64,000 bases of DNA from Prevotella sp. (GCA_023665755.1 JAMPDF010000002.1:136953-200952); one strand, 5' to 3'; positions 9,409-18,618 are shown, numbered from the stretch's first letter. Notes: a model not told the origin generated them from the sequence alone. A program made the numbers and translations.

Positions 9409-12400
9409 GTGAAAAAGTCAAAGATTAGAATTATATTCGTTCTAGTATGCTTTCTATTTCTTTTAACAAGTACAAGTTGTAAGAAAAAGTTTAAACTAGA
9501 ATTTATAACCAATGGGGGGGCTGACATTAGTTCAGTAACGATAAAGAATAAAACGGACTATACTTTACCTGTTCCTTCAAGAGAAGGCTATGAGTTTGAA
9601 GGATGGTATATCAATAGTGATTTTACAGGGGATGCAGTGAGTAACATCACCATCACTGGTAATATAGTAGTATATGCAAAATGGACACAATTAAGCAAAA
9701 TTACTATTGATGCCAATGGTGGTACATGTAGCACAACAGTAGTTTATGGAAAAGAAGGAGAAAGCATTGCTCAACTTTTAAATGGGATAACTCCTTCTAA
9801 GAATGGTGTTGTGTTTGGAGGATGGTTTGTTAATGGTGTTGAATTGAGTGCAACAAGCAAATTAACTGCTGATGGCGTAACAGTAAAAGCACAGTATAAA
9901 GCAGAATATACGATTGAAGTTTATAAACAAAATTTAGATTTGAATGGTTATGAATTAGAAAAAATTACTGATTTTGCTTATATTGGTAAAATGTTGAATG
10001 CAAATACAGCGTATACTGGTTTTACTTTAGTCAATAAAGAAGATACAGTTGATTCTATTCAAGTTACTGAAAATGCATCAAATAATGTGATGCGTCTATA
10101 CTATGATCGTGATACATATACCCTTTCTTTCTATAGTAATTATCCCGTCGAAGGATATGAAAATACATTAGTTACAAAAGATGTTATATATGGACTTGAA
10201 ACAGAACTTCCAGACAACACCTATTTATGTAAGGGGTATTATTTATTAGGATGGTCTACAAGCCCTGATGGTGAAGTGATGTATCCTGCTCATTATATTG
10301 AAAATTTACCAATCAACAAAAAAGAAGATATTACATTTGATGTTGTAAAAGTTGGTGCAGAAAAAAACACAACCCTTTATGCCATTTGGAATAAAGGATA
10401 CACAGATATGTTTGATGGTCAAGATTACATTTTCTTAGAAAAAGAAGCGCAAAAAGTATATTTATCACGTGAGGGTGTATATTTTGTTGGTGACTATTAC
10501 GAAGATGGTTCGTTTATTTTCTATAATGATTATGAAAATCTTGAGGGTAAATTATTTGATAATGGTACATTTACATATTTCGATTCATCAAGAGATGAAT
10601 ATTCTGCCTCTCTTTATAAAGTAGGATCTGGTTTAAATGAGAATATTAAAATATTGTTTGATGCATACAATGGAATCACGTATTCTGAAAAAGATGAAAA
10701 TAATCAAACTAAATTATCAAATGGAACGTATGTTATTGATGAAAATGGTTTTCATGTCGCAACTTTTACAGATGGTAGTCTTGCTGGAGAAACATTGACT
10801 TTTGTTACTGGTACTGTAACTTTAGATAACGTAAAAATGGATGCTTTCCAACTCAGAAATGATGAAGAGTTTAACTTAGGAGAATTGGTTCGCTTTGCGG
10901 TTTATAATGGTGATCTTACTTATTTTACAGCAGCTTATCAGCTGATTTTAAATGGTTTTGGTACAGCTATATATAATACTGGTAATGGTGCTAGCACATA
11001 CGCATATACATATGATCCAATTACAAAAGAATTAATTTTGACTACTTCTAAAGGTGCTATATTTGGTGTTTGCCGCATTATGAAAGTAAATGGCAAAAAC
11101 GGATATATGGTATATGATGAAGACTTAGACCTTACTATCAATGGTGAAGATGGTGAAAAACTTGTATTAGATGGATTACATGTAGCTGAATATATTGACA
11201 AAGATGGGAATATCGCAATTGGCAATTATGTAGTTAGCAATTCTGTTTTTGGTGGAAAGATTCTAACTTTCACAGATTCTGGGAAAAATTATACATTTAT
11301 GATCAATTCGCATACTGAAGAAATCATAGTAGGTGAAGAAACTGTAACCAAAATTGTATATGAATTTGTCAAGAAACCAGCAGGATATGCAGAGTATTAT
11401 TATAAAAATGTAGATGGATTTTTCTATGCTCCTTTGATCGTCATCAATGATTTTGCACCAGGAATTGCTTCTGTTTATGGTTATACTTCATCTAAAACAT
11501 ATGAATTAATTTTACAAGGTGCATATGAATATGATGCAGTTACAGGATTATATACGTTTGTGACAGAAGAGATTTATGATAAAGAAGTAATCGATGATAT
11601 CATTGATTTGAAAACAGTGAAATCAATTGTATTTGGGTTAAATTCAACCGCAACTCAATATCCAATCAATTATTGGTATTCTGTTACAATTGGTGATGAA
11701 ACTACATCATATGATGTAGACTATACTTCAACTGATGGCCTCACTTTAAAATTAGTTGCAGGACTTGCTATTATCTCTAATGGCGAAAATACAATTGTTG
11801 GAACATATGCAACAAAAGATGGTTTAACTACAGTTACAACTAGTCAAGGCTCACTTTATCTTGAAATTGATGAAGAAAATAAAACGTTTGTTGCATTAGA
11901 CCATGCACCATATAGTGCATATGTTGTCATGGGTGATGGAACATATTCTAAACAAGAGTTTGTAACATTTGATGGAAAAGGTAATGCAATCTATGTATAC
12001 TATGTGACTGAATGGGTTGGAGAAGGCGAAGATAAAAAAGAAGAGGCTGTTCAACACACTATTGAAGGTACAGTTACTCAACTAGATGAAAAAACTGAAC
12101 AAGAATTCCAAGTATATCAATTCACATCAGAAGAAAAAACATTTAAATTCTTACAAATTACTCTTTCACAAAATTTATTTGTATTCCCATATTATGGTGA
12201 ATATTATGGTACATACAAATCAAATGATGGTACACTATATTTAGATGGATATTCATTATTCGGTACATATACAGATATGGAAGGTAATACCTATTCAGGA
12301 ATCTATAATGTGGTTTCAGAAAATGTAATTCGAATTGCACTAGATTCATCTTATCGTTATTTTGATATTTCTGGTCGTACATTTACAGCGCGTGGACCTG

Positions 12401-14334
12401 AGTATGGTACTTATATTGTTATATATAATCAAGGTACAAAAGGCATATATCTTTCAATAGATGGTTATGGTAAAGTTAAAGTATTTACATTTGAATATGA
12501 TGCAGAAGGCAATGCTGTAGAAGTAGTTATCGATGAAAATGCTACGTATTCATCAGTAGATGATTATTATACAATTCAATATAAAGAAAACAATACAGAT
12601 GTAACACTGTATGGTTATTTAGGAACATATACCTATGGTTCTACTGTATTTAATTCTTTCTACATTGAAAATAAAGAAGTTGTTAGCACTTATTTGAATG
12701 AAAAAGATTGGTCTATATTGAAATTGGATTCTATTGGTAATGCAACCAAGGTTGATAAAAATGGTGTAGCTGAAAATGGTACTTATATGATTATCACAGA
12801 TTCCATTTTGTATTATGTAAATAATGAGGGAACAAGTGCTAATATCTTTAAGTATAATCCTGAAAATGGAACTATTATAGAAGAGAACTTTACCGCACGT
12901 GGTTATTATACAGAAGATTTAAAATCATTATTATTCTCTCAATACGGCTTTGCTATTTTCAATAATGAAACTAGATATTATTATACGATGAATGGTGATG
13001 ATGTTATCATTTATCATCAAGATACAGAAGATCCAAAGGCAAATGAATATGGATTTGTAGAAGAAATTTTTGGTGAATTTGATGATGTCAAAACATATGG
13101 TGGCGAAACTTATTATGCCAATGATGGTTATGCGATTACATTTACTAGAAAAGCAGAAACTAGCAATAATTATCCAGTACTAGTTACTTCAGATCCAGAA
13201 TTGTATGCGGCTACTGAAGAGTTAACATTTACACCATCAGGATCAGATACATTTGCTGTTTCAGGTAGTGTTAAAATTAATGGTCAAAATTATAATTGCA
13301 CAGTAATCAGAGAATTAGTTGATGGTGAATATGAAATGTATTTCATGGTTGGTTATTATCGTTTTGATTTTAATGCGAAATTTACAGGAAAAAATGAGAA
13401 TGGTGAAACTGATAGTAAGTATGAGGTAACTAACTTAAGATTTATTCGTTCATTCTTACCTTATGCATATTTAGATATGTATTATATGCTTTATTCTTTC
13501 CTTGGTCCAAACTATGCCAATGCCTTTACTAATCAATTTGGTGTATTCTATCTATATAAGACTTATGATGTAGATGGTACTCAGCTGGAAGATTATGTAA
13601 AATTAGATTTCTTAGAAGGAAGTGGAGCATTTGACTTAGAAGGACAATTGCTTTCTACTGAAAAATCTGCATATACATATGAAAATGGATTGTATACCGT
13701 TTTATTAACAGGAACTGATGGATATACATATAAATTATACTTTACATTGAAAAATCATTCATCATTTAATATGTATGCTTATCAAATCCAAGCTTTAACT
13801 AGAGTAGAAACAATCACTGATGGCGATTACAAATTAACAGTTGAACGTGTAATTGTGTCAGATAACAGAAACTATTCTGCAGGTTCATTATATGCGATTG
13901 ATTTAATGAAGGGCGAAGAGAAGATTGAATATTCAGAAGTATTTACAATTGAGAATGTATGTTACTATGTTGTAAGAACAACGGAAGAAGAAAAGATCAC
14001 ATCAACGAAGTATTATAAATTGAATTTAGTTTCTAAAGAAGGTTCAACACTTGAAGAAGAACAAGAAATAGTTCAACCTTATGTAAGTCTTCAAGTCGAA
14101 GAACTATCTGCTACTACATATTATGATAGTGAAAATAAAAACTATTTTGATGTAGTTGACAATCAAGTTATGTTAATTTGCTTGAATAATGGTAAGTATG
14201 TTGTAAGAGAATCTACATACACAGAAGAAACAAAAACGTATACGATAGTTTTATCTGCAGAAACCAAATATACTATTACCATTGATGAAAATGGTGTGGC
14301 TACCATTACAAAAGTGGAAGTAGAAACTGAGTAA
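9409..14334 (+). CDS. Giant (1641 aa) putative surface lipoprotein with three N-terminal Listeria-Bacteroides (Flg_new) repeats
   Basis: GTG start 7 nt after AAGGAG. Signal peptide ends at TSTSC. Three Flg_new-type repeats are visible (GYEFEGWY, GVVFGGWF, GYYLLGWSTSPDG). The remaining ~1300 aa are unassigned. Confidence 0.75.
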   Translation: MKKSKIRIIFVLVCFLFLLTSTSCKKKFKLEFITNGGADISSVTIKNKTDYTLPVPSREGYEFEGWYINSDFTGDAVSNITITGNIVVYAKWTQLSKITIDANGGTCSTTVVYGKEGESIAQLLNGITPSKNGVVFGGWFVNGVELSATSKLTADGVTVKAQYKAEYTIEVYKQNLDLNGYELEKITDFAYIGKMLNANTAYTGFTLVNKEDTVDSIQVTENASNNVMRLYYDRDTYTLSFYSNYPVEGYENTLVTKDVIYGLETELPDNTYLCKGYYLLGWSTSPDGEVMYPAHYIENLPINKKEDITFDVVKVGAEKNTTLYAIWNKGYTDMFDGQDYIFLEKEAQKVYLSREGVYFVGDYYEDGSFIFYNDYENLEGKLFDNGTFTYFDSSRDEYSASLYKVGSGLNENIKILFDAYNGITYSEKDENNQTKLSNGTYVIDENGFHVATFTDGSLAGETLTFVTGTVTLDNVKMDAFQLRNDEEFNLGELVRFAVYNGDLTYFTAAYQLILNGFGTAIYNTGNGASTYAYTYDPITKELILTTSKGAIFGVCRIMKVNGKNGYMVYDEDLDLTINGEDGEKLVLDGLHVAEYIDKDGNIAIGNYVVSNSVFGGKILTFTDSGKNYTFMINSHTEEIIVGEETVTKIVYEFVKKPAGYAEYYYKNVDGFFYAPLIVINDFAPGIASVYGYTSSKTYELILQGAYEYDAVTGLYTFVTEEIYDKEVIDDIIDLKTVKSIVFGLNSTATQYPINYWYSVTIGDETTSYDVDYTSTDGLTLKLVAGLAIISNGENTIVGTYATKDGLTTVTTSQGSLYLEIDEENKTFVALDHAPYSAYVVMGDGTYSKQEFVTFDGKGNAIYVYYVTEWVGEGEDKKEEAVQHTIEGTVTQLDEKTEQEFQVYQFTSEEKTFKFLQITLSQNLFVFPYYGEYYGTYKSNDGTLYLDGYSLFGTYTDMEGNTYSGIYNVVSENVIRIALDSSYRYFDISGRTFTARGPEYGTYIVIYNQGTKGIYLSIDGYGKVKVFTFEYDAEGNAVEVVIDENATYSSVDDYYTIQYKENNTDVTLYGYLGTYTYGSTVFNSFYIENKEVVSTYLNEKDWSILKLDSIGNATKVDKNGVAENGTYMIITDSILYYVNNEGTSANIFKYNPENGTIIEENFTARGYYTEDLKSLLFSQYGFAIFNNETRYYYTMNGDDVIIYHQDTEDPKANEYGFVEEIFGEFDDVKTYGGETYYANDGYAITFTRKAETSNNYPVLVTSDPELYAATEELTFTPSGSDTFAVSGSVKINGQNYNCTVIRELVDGEYEMYFMVGYYRFDFNAKFTGKNENGETDSKYEVTNLRFIRSFLPYAYLDMYYMLYSFLGPNYANAFTNQFGVFYLYKTYDVDGTQLEDYVKLDFLEGSGAFDLEGQLLSTEKSAYTYENGLYTVLLTGTDGYTYKLYFTLKNHSSFNMYAYQIQALTRVETITDGDYKLTVERVIVSDNRNYSAGSLYAIDLMKGEEKIEYSEVFTIENVCYYVVRTTEEEKITSTKYYKLNLVSKEGSTLEEEQEIVQPYVSLQVEELSATTYYDSENKNYFDVVDNQVMLICLNNGKYVVRESTYTEETKTYTIVLSAETKYTITIDENGVATITKVEVETE

Positions 14335-14364
14335 TATTTTTATCATTACTAGTATAAATAAAAC

Positions 14365-14402
14365 AAAGCATAGATTTGCAAGATGTAAATCTATGCTTTT
14401 TT
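14365..14402 (+). terminator. Rho-independent terminator ending the MoxR-to-giant-lipoprotein gene string
   Basis: 10-bp perfect stem GCATAGATTT / AAATCTATGC (14368-14377 / 14387-14396), 9-nt loop, then TTTTTT. Confidence 0.8.
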
Positions 14403-14509
14403 ATACATATTCTATTGATTGTAATTACTAATTTCTTAAATGGGTATAATGAAAGTAGAAAAGAGAAGAAAAGAAAACGAGATTTAGAACATCATTTTTA
14501 TTGAATTCG

Positions 14510-14539
14510 TTGCTCAAATTGAAATAAAAATGTTATAAT
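14510..14539 (+). promoter_or_regulatory. Candidate sigma-A promoter for the luxE/luxC-like operon
   Basis: TTGCTC (14510-14515), 18-nt spacer, extended -10 TGTTATAAT (14531-14539). Confidence 0.35.
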
Positions 14540-14585
14540 AATGCTAAGATACAATGACGAACCAAAAGGAGCATAAGGAGGTTAT

Positions 14586-15698
14586 ATGTCTTATCGAAAT
14601 CAATTATTTAGGTATAAGAAATTATATGATATAGATCAAACCAACACCCTATTTTTCAAGGCAATACGGGAGTGTTGTGAATATCATTATAAGCACTGTA
14701 AGGCATATAGGCAATTATTAGATGATTTAGGGTTTCATCCAAGCGCTTTGAAAAATTATCAAGATATTGAACAAATTCCTTTTATTCCTACACTATATTT
14801 TAAGCATCATCGTATGTTTTCTATGCCAAATCGAAAAATGGTTATTCGGGCTACTTCTAGTGGGACTAGTGGTCAAAAATCATTACTTGGATTCAACCTA
14901 GCTAGTTTAAAGCGTGCACTTCAAATGGCGATTCGAGTAGGAAAATATCATCACTTATTACAAATTAAGCCTGTTCACTATATTATTTTTGGTTATGAAC
15001 CTAATAAACATAATCAAACCGTTATTTCTAAATCAGCGTATGCATCTACCTATTATGCACCAAGTTTGAGTAGAATTTATGCATTGACATATCGTAACGG
15101 GGAATATCATTTGGATTTAGAGCGATTAAAACAAGCTTTCATCCGATATAGTAAGGGGAAATGCCCTATTCGAACCATTGGATTTCCGGCTTACACCTAT
15201 TTTTTGCTCAAGCAAATGAAAGAAGAGGGCATTCGATTGAAAATGCCAAAAGGTTCTTTGGTAACCATTGGTGGAGGATGGAAACAATTTTATGCGGAAA
15301 AGGTTGAAAAACAAGACTTTTATCAATTGGTGAATGAAGTTTTAGGCATTGATGACCAACATATAGTAGAATATTTTAGTGCAGTTGAACATCCTATTTT
15401 ATATACAGACTGCAAGCATCACCATTTTCATATACCCATTTATAGCCGGGTGATTATTAGAGATGTAGATACATTAGCGCCTCTAGGTAATGATCAAATC
15501 GGATTAATTCAGTTTCTTACGCCTATGGTAGATAGTGTACCCCTAGTCAGTGTAATGACAGATGACTTGGGAAGATTACATACAGAACCATGTGGATGTG
15601 GTATTGAATCTCCTTGGCTTGAGATTATGGGAAGAGTAGGAGTGAAAGATATTGTAACATGTGCTGCAGGAGCGGCTGAACTTTTGAAAGACAGGTGA
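14586..15698 (+). CDS. LuxE-family acyl-protein synthetase (adenylate-forming enzyme)
   Basis: TSSGTSGQKS AMP-forming motif. Overall length and N-terminal region are as in PF04443 LuxE. RBS AAGGAGG. A LuxC-like gene follows 4 nt later. Confidence 0.8.
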   Translation: MSYRNQLFRYKKLYDIDQTNTLFFKAIRECCEYHYKHCKAYRQLLDDLGFHPSALKNYQDIEQIPFIPTLYFKHHRMFSMPNRKMVIRATSSGTSGQKSLLGFNLASLKRALQMAIRVGKYHHLLQIKPVHYIIFGYEPNKHNQTVISKSAYASTYYAPSLSRIYALTYRNGEYHLDLERLKQAFIRYSKGKCPIRTIGFPAYTYFLLKQMKEEGIRLKMPKGSLVTIGGGWKQFYAEKVEKQDFYQLVNEVLGIDDQHIVEYFSAVEHPILYTDCKHHHFHIPIYSRVIIRDVDTLAPLGNDQIGLIQFLTPMVDSVPLVSVMTDDLGRLHTEPCGCGIESPWLEIMGRVGVKDIVTCAAGAAELLKDR

Positions 15699-15702
15699 TG
15701 AG

Positions 15703-16977
15703 ATGATATTATATCACGGCGAAATATTAGAAAATAAAGAGCAAGAAAGAATTTTAAATCATTTAGAAGAAGATTGTCTTCATACCCTTTGTCAATTGAA
15801 CACGCCACAAATCCATGAAGTAATACATGCTTGTGATGTGCTATATCAAAAGGCTATTCATCATGAATTTGATGATGTGATATTGCCTATTTTGAAAAGT
15901 ACCAATGTATCCTATGAGCGTTTTTTAGATATGGCTAAGTTATTTTCAGAAGAGGAATTGATTTATAAGTGCAAAGTAGAATGGGGAGAAGATTATGCAC
16001 ATATGCAGAAACTAAAGAATGGGACAACTCGTTTACGCAAGCCCCTTGGAATTTTGTTTCATATTGCGGCAGGGAATGTAGATGTTCTTCCTGCATTCAG
16101 TGTTATAGAAGGGTTATTAGCAGGCAATATTAATATTTTGAAATTACCTAGTGGTGATAGTGGTTTATCCGTTCATTTATTGGCCCAACTTATTCAAGTA
16201 GAGCCGGCATTGAAAGACTACATTTATGTATTTGATGTGCCTTCTACTGAACTACAAACGCTCAAAAAATTTGCGGATATAGCTGATGGCATTGTGGTGT
16301 GGGGAGGAGATTTGGCAGTAAAAGCAGCGTATCAAATGGCCAGTGTCACAACCAAAGTCATTCCTTGGGGGCATAAGTTATCGTTTGCATATGCTACACT
16401 AGATGCAACAGATGCTCAATTGGAAGCCCTAGCACATCATATTTGTTATACCAATCAAATTCTTTGTTCTTCTTGTCAGGGCATTTTTGTAGACACAGAA
16501 GACAATCATTTATTGGCTGAATTTGGATATCGCTTTTTTCAAATTCTAAAAAAAGTCAATCAAGAAGTAGGAAAAGCCGATATGGGGATGCGTGGTAAAA
16601 ATACAATTCAGTTATACACGGATCAATTAGAATATCCAAACCGAAAAATATGGTGTGAAGACGGCGTAAGTGTTACTCTTTTAGAAGATCAAGAATTAAC
16701 GCTTTCGTACTTATTTCGGAATGTTTGGATCAAACCTCTTCCCCATCAGCAACTAATTTTAAAACTAAAAAAGTATAAAAGCCATTTACAAACATGTGGA
16801 CTGCTTTGTAGTGATGCTCAAAAAGAGGAATTAGCAAAAGTTATATGTGCATCGGGTGTTGTGCGAATTACAAGTGCAGATATGTCGCGAATCGTCTCAG
16901 GTGAAGCACATGATGGTGTATATCCACTAAGAGAATATAGCAGAATAGTGGAAATAGATGAAACAATGAAGGAGTAA
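15703..16977 (+). CDS. LuxC-family acyl-CoA/acyl-protein reductase
   Basis: HIAAGNVDVLPAFSVIEGLLAGNINILKLPSGD and the candidate catalytic Cys region QILCSSCQGIFV match the PF05893 pattern. Confidence 0.8.
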   Translation: MILYHGEILENKEQERILNHLEEDCLHTLCQLNTPQIHEVIHACDVLYQKAIHHEFDDVILPILKSTNVSYERFLDMAKLFSEEELIYKCKVEWGEDYAHMQKLKNGTTRLRKPLGILFHIAAGNVDVLPAFSVIEGLLAGNINILKLPSGDSGLSVHLLAQLIQVEPALKDYIYVFDVPSTELQTLKKFADIADGIVVWGGDLAVKAAYQMASVTTKVIPWGHKLSFAYATLDATDAQLEALAHHICYTNQILCSSCQGIFVDTEDNHLLAEFGYRFFQILKKVNQEVGKADMGMRGKNTIQLYTDQLEYPNRKIWCEDGVSVTLLEDQELTLSYLFRNVWIKPLPHQQLILKLKKYKSHLQTCGLLCSDAQKEELAKVICASGVVRITSADMSRIVSGEAHDGVYPLREYSRIVEIDETMKE

Positions 16978-16990
16978 CTGGAGGAAAAAA

Positions 16991-17785
16991 ATGAGTATAA
17001 TAGATGCATTTGACCAAGAAAGAAGAGCCATTATCAATTTAGAAGACGTATATGATAAAAGTGATCAAATATTAGATGTTTGTATAATCAATTTCTCATA
17101 TAAAATTATGGATGCATTATTGGAGGATGACTTACTCGAATTGATAGATAATCAAACAATTAAAAGTGTTTCTTGCAACTACCCTATATATGTGTATAAA
17201 AATACACATATTGGTGTTGTAAAAACAACGGTAGGTGCACCGATAACAGCCGCTTTAATCGAAGAAATTGGATATGTTTTTTCTTGTAAGCAATTTGTTC
17301 TTTTTGGTAGTTGTGGAGGGTTGGATAAGACTATTCCTTCTAATCACTTGATTGTACCAACAGCTGCCTATCGGGATGAGGGAATGAGTTATCATTATAT
17401 GGAAGCAAGTGATTATGTAAATATTTCAAATTATCCAGTTGTTGCGCAAATACTCCGTGATTTAAACATTGCCTATGTAACAGGAAAAACTTGGACCACA
17501 GATGCTTTTTATCGTGAAACTCTTCATCATTTTGAGAAAAGAAGAAGTGAGGGATGTATCGCAGTAGAGATGGAAGTGAGTGCTTGCCAAGCAGTCGCTA
17601 ATTTTAGGGGGTATGAATTATATAATTTTTTATACCGAGCAGATAACTTAGATAGTGAGAACTGGGATAAAGGTATCTTATCAATAGTTTCAATTGATGA
17701 GAGATTAAAACACTTCTTTATTGCTTTAGAAATTGCTAAAAGAGTAAGCCATTCAAAAAAAATAGTGATATATGATGAAAATTGA
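16991..17785 (+). CDS. PNP/UDP-family nucleoside phosphorylase/nucleosidase-like protein
   Basis: FGSCGGLD, AAYRDEGMSYHY and IAVEMEVSAC are typical of the PNP_UDP_1 fold (PF01048). RBS TGGAGG. Confidence 0.7.
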   Translation: MSIIDAFDQERRAIINLEDVYDKSDQILDVCIINFSYKIMDALLEDDLLELIDNQTIKSVSCNYPIYVYKNTHIGVVKTTVGAPITAALIEEIGYVFSCKQFVLFGSCGGLDKTIPSNHLIVPTAAYRDEGMSYHYMEASDYVNISNYPVVAQILRDLNIAYVTGKTWTTDAFYRETLHHFEKRRSEGCIAVEMEVSACQAVANFRGYELYNFLYRADNLDSENWDKGILSIVSIDERLKHFFIALEIAKRVSHSKKIVIYDEN

Positions 17786-18263
17786 TTTTGGATTTTCATA
17801 TATTGGTCTGTCTATTGTCCTATTGTTATTGATTCCTAATATAATTGGAATCAATCATCTTCCTCAAGACTATACAACATATGCTAAGCAAGAGAAAATT
17901 GATTTGCGAATAGGGGAACGAGTAGGAGAAGTGGGCATCATTTGTTTGTTACTCAGTTCTCAAAATTTTAACATACAAAACATATCTGCCAAAATCATTC
18001 TATTGTTTTTTGCCTATGTATTTATGGCTTGTTATGAGATTTGTTGGATCAGATATTTTAAGAGCAAACGAACAATGATTGACTTTTATCATTCTTTTTT
18101 AAAAATTCCCATTCCTCTTGCGATATTACCTATATGTGCCTTCGTTATGCTTGGATTGTATGCCAATCATATATACTTTCTTATAGCTACAATCAGTTTT
18201 AGCATAGGGCATATTGGCATCCATATTAGACATTATCAACAAATCAAGAAGAATATAAAATGA
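17772..18263 (+). CDS. Small polytopic membrane protein, unknown function
   Basis: 163 aa with 4-5 hydrophobic helices. Its start overlaps the preceding gene by 14 nt. Confidence 0.5.
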   Translation: MMKIDFGFSYIGLSIVLLLLIPNIIGINHLPQDYTTYAKQEKIDLRIGERVGEVGIICLLLSSQNFNIQNISAKIILLFFAYVFMACYEICWIRYFKSKRTMIDFYHSFLKIPIPLAILPICAFVMLGLYANHIYFLIATISFSIGHIGIHIRHYQQIKKNIK

Positions 18264-18600
18264 GAGATGTAGAAAAGGAAATGGCATATATGAATTTTAC
18301 TTTACGGTAAATATCTCATCATAGAAAGTAAAATATTTTAAAGAAAATCCCAAAGCTTGCATTTATTTTTGTGATAAACGTTTTTATCGCGGTGTAATGT
18401 TAAAAGGCAAGATAGAAGTATTAGAGAATCAAGAAATGAAAGATATGATAGGATAAGATAAAGATATTCTATATAATAAGGAAGGAAAAACTGATTCTGA
18501 TTATTGTGTATTGCGTTTTACTACTATGTCACTTCGTTATTATAGTGGATTGAAATTTAGAGAACGTGGTTTTGAAAAAAGACTGATTACAAGGGTGTAA
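18260..18600 (+). pseudogene. Decayed pyridoxamine-5'-phosphate-oxidase-like (FMN-binding split-barrel) gene
   Basis: An ATG at 18260 is ATGA-coupled to the upstream stop, but the frame stops after 16 codons. The frame starting at 18340 reads KENPKACIYFCDKRFYRGVMLKGKIEVLENQEMKDMIG*DKDILYNKEGKTDSDYCVLRFTTMSLRYYSG. This resembles the C-terminal half of PNPOx-like/general-stress-26-type proteins. It carries an in-frame TAA at 18454 and a frame change relative to the start. Confidence 0.55.
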
Positions 18601-18611
18601 TCAGTCTTTTT
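18575..18611. terminator. Bidirectional rho-independent terminator between convergent genes
   Basis: 9-bp stem GACTGATTA / TAATCAGTC (18581-18589 / 18598-18606), flanked by an A6 run and a T5 run. Confidence 0.75.
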
Positions 18612-18618
18612 ATCCACA

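Noticed and set aside
14443-14485. A second TATAAT box (14445-14450) followed by a polypurine tract and an 11-codon ORF upstream of the luxE-like gene
   Set aside because: There is no -35 element at a workable distance, no RBS for the mini-ORF and no stable structure. It is probably chance sequence in AT-rich DNA.
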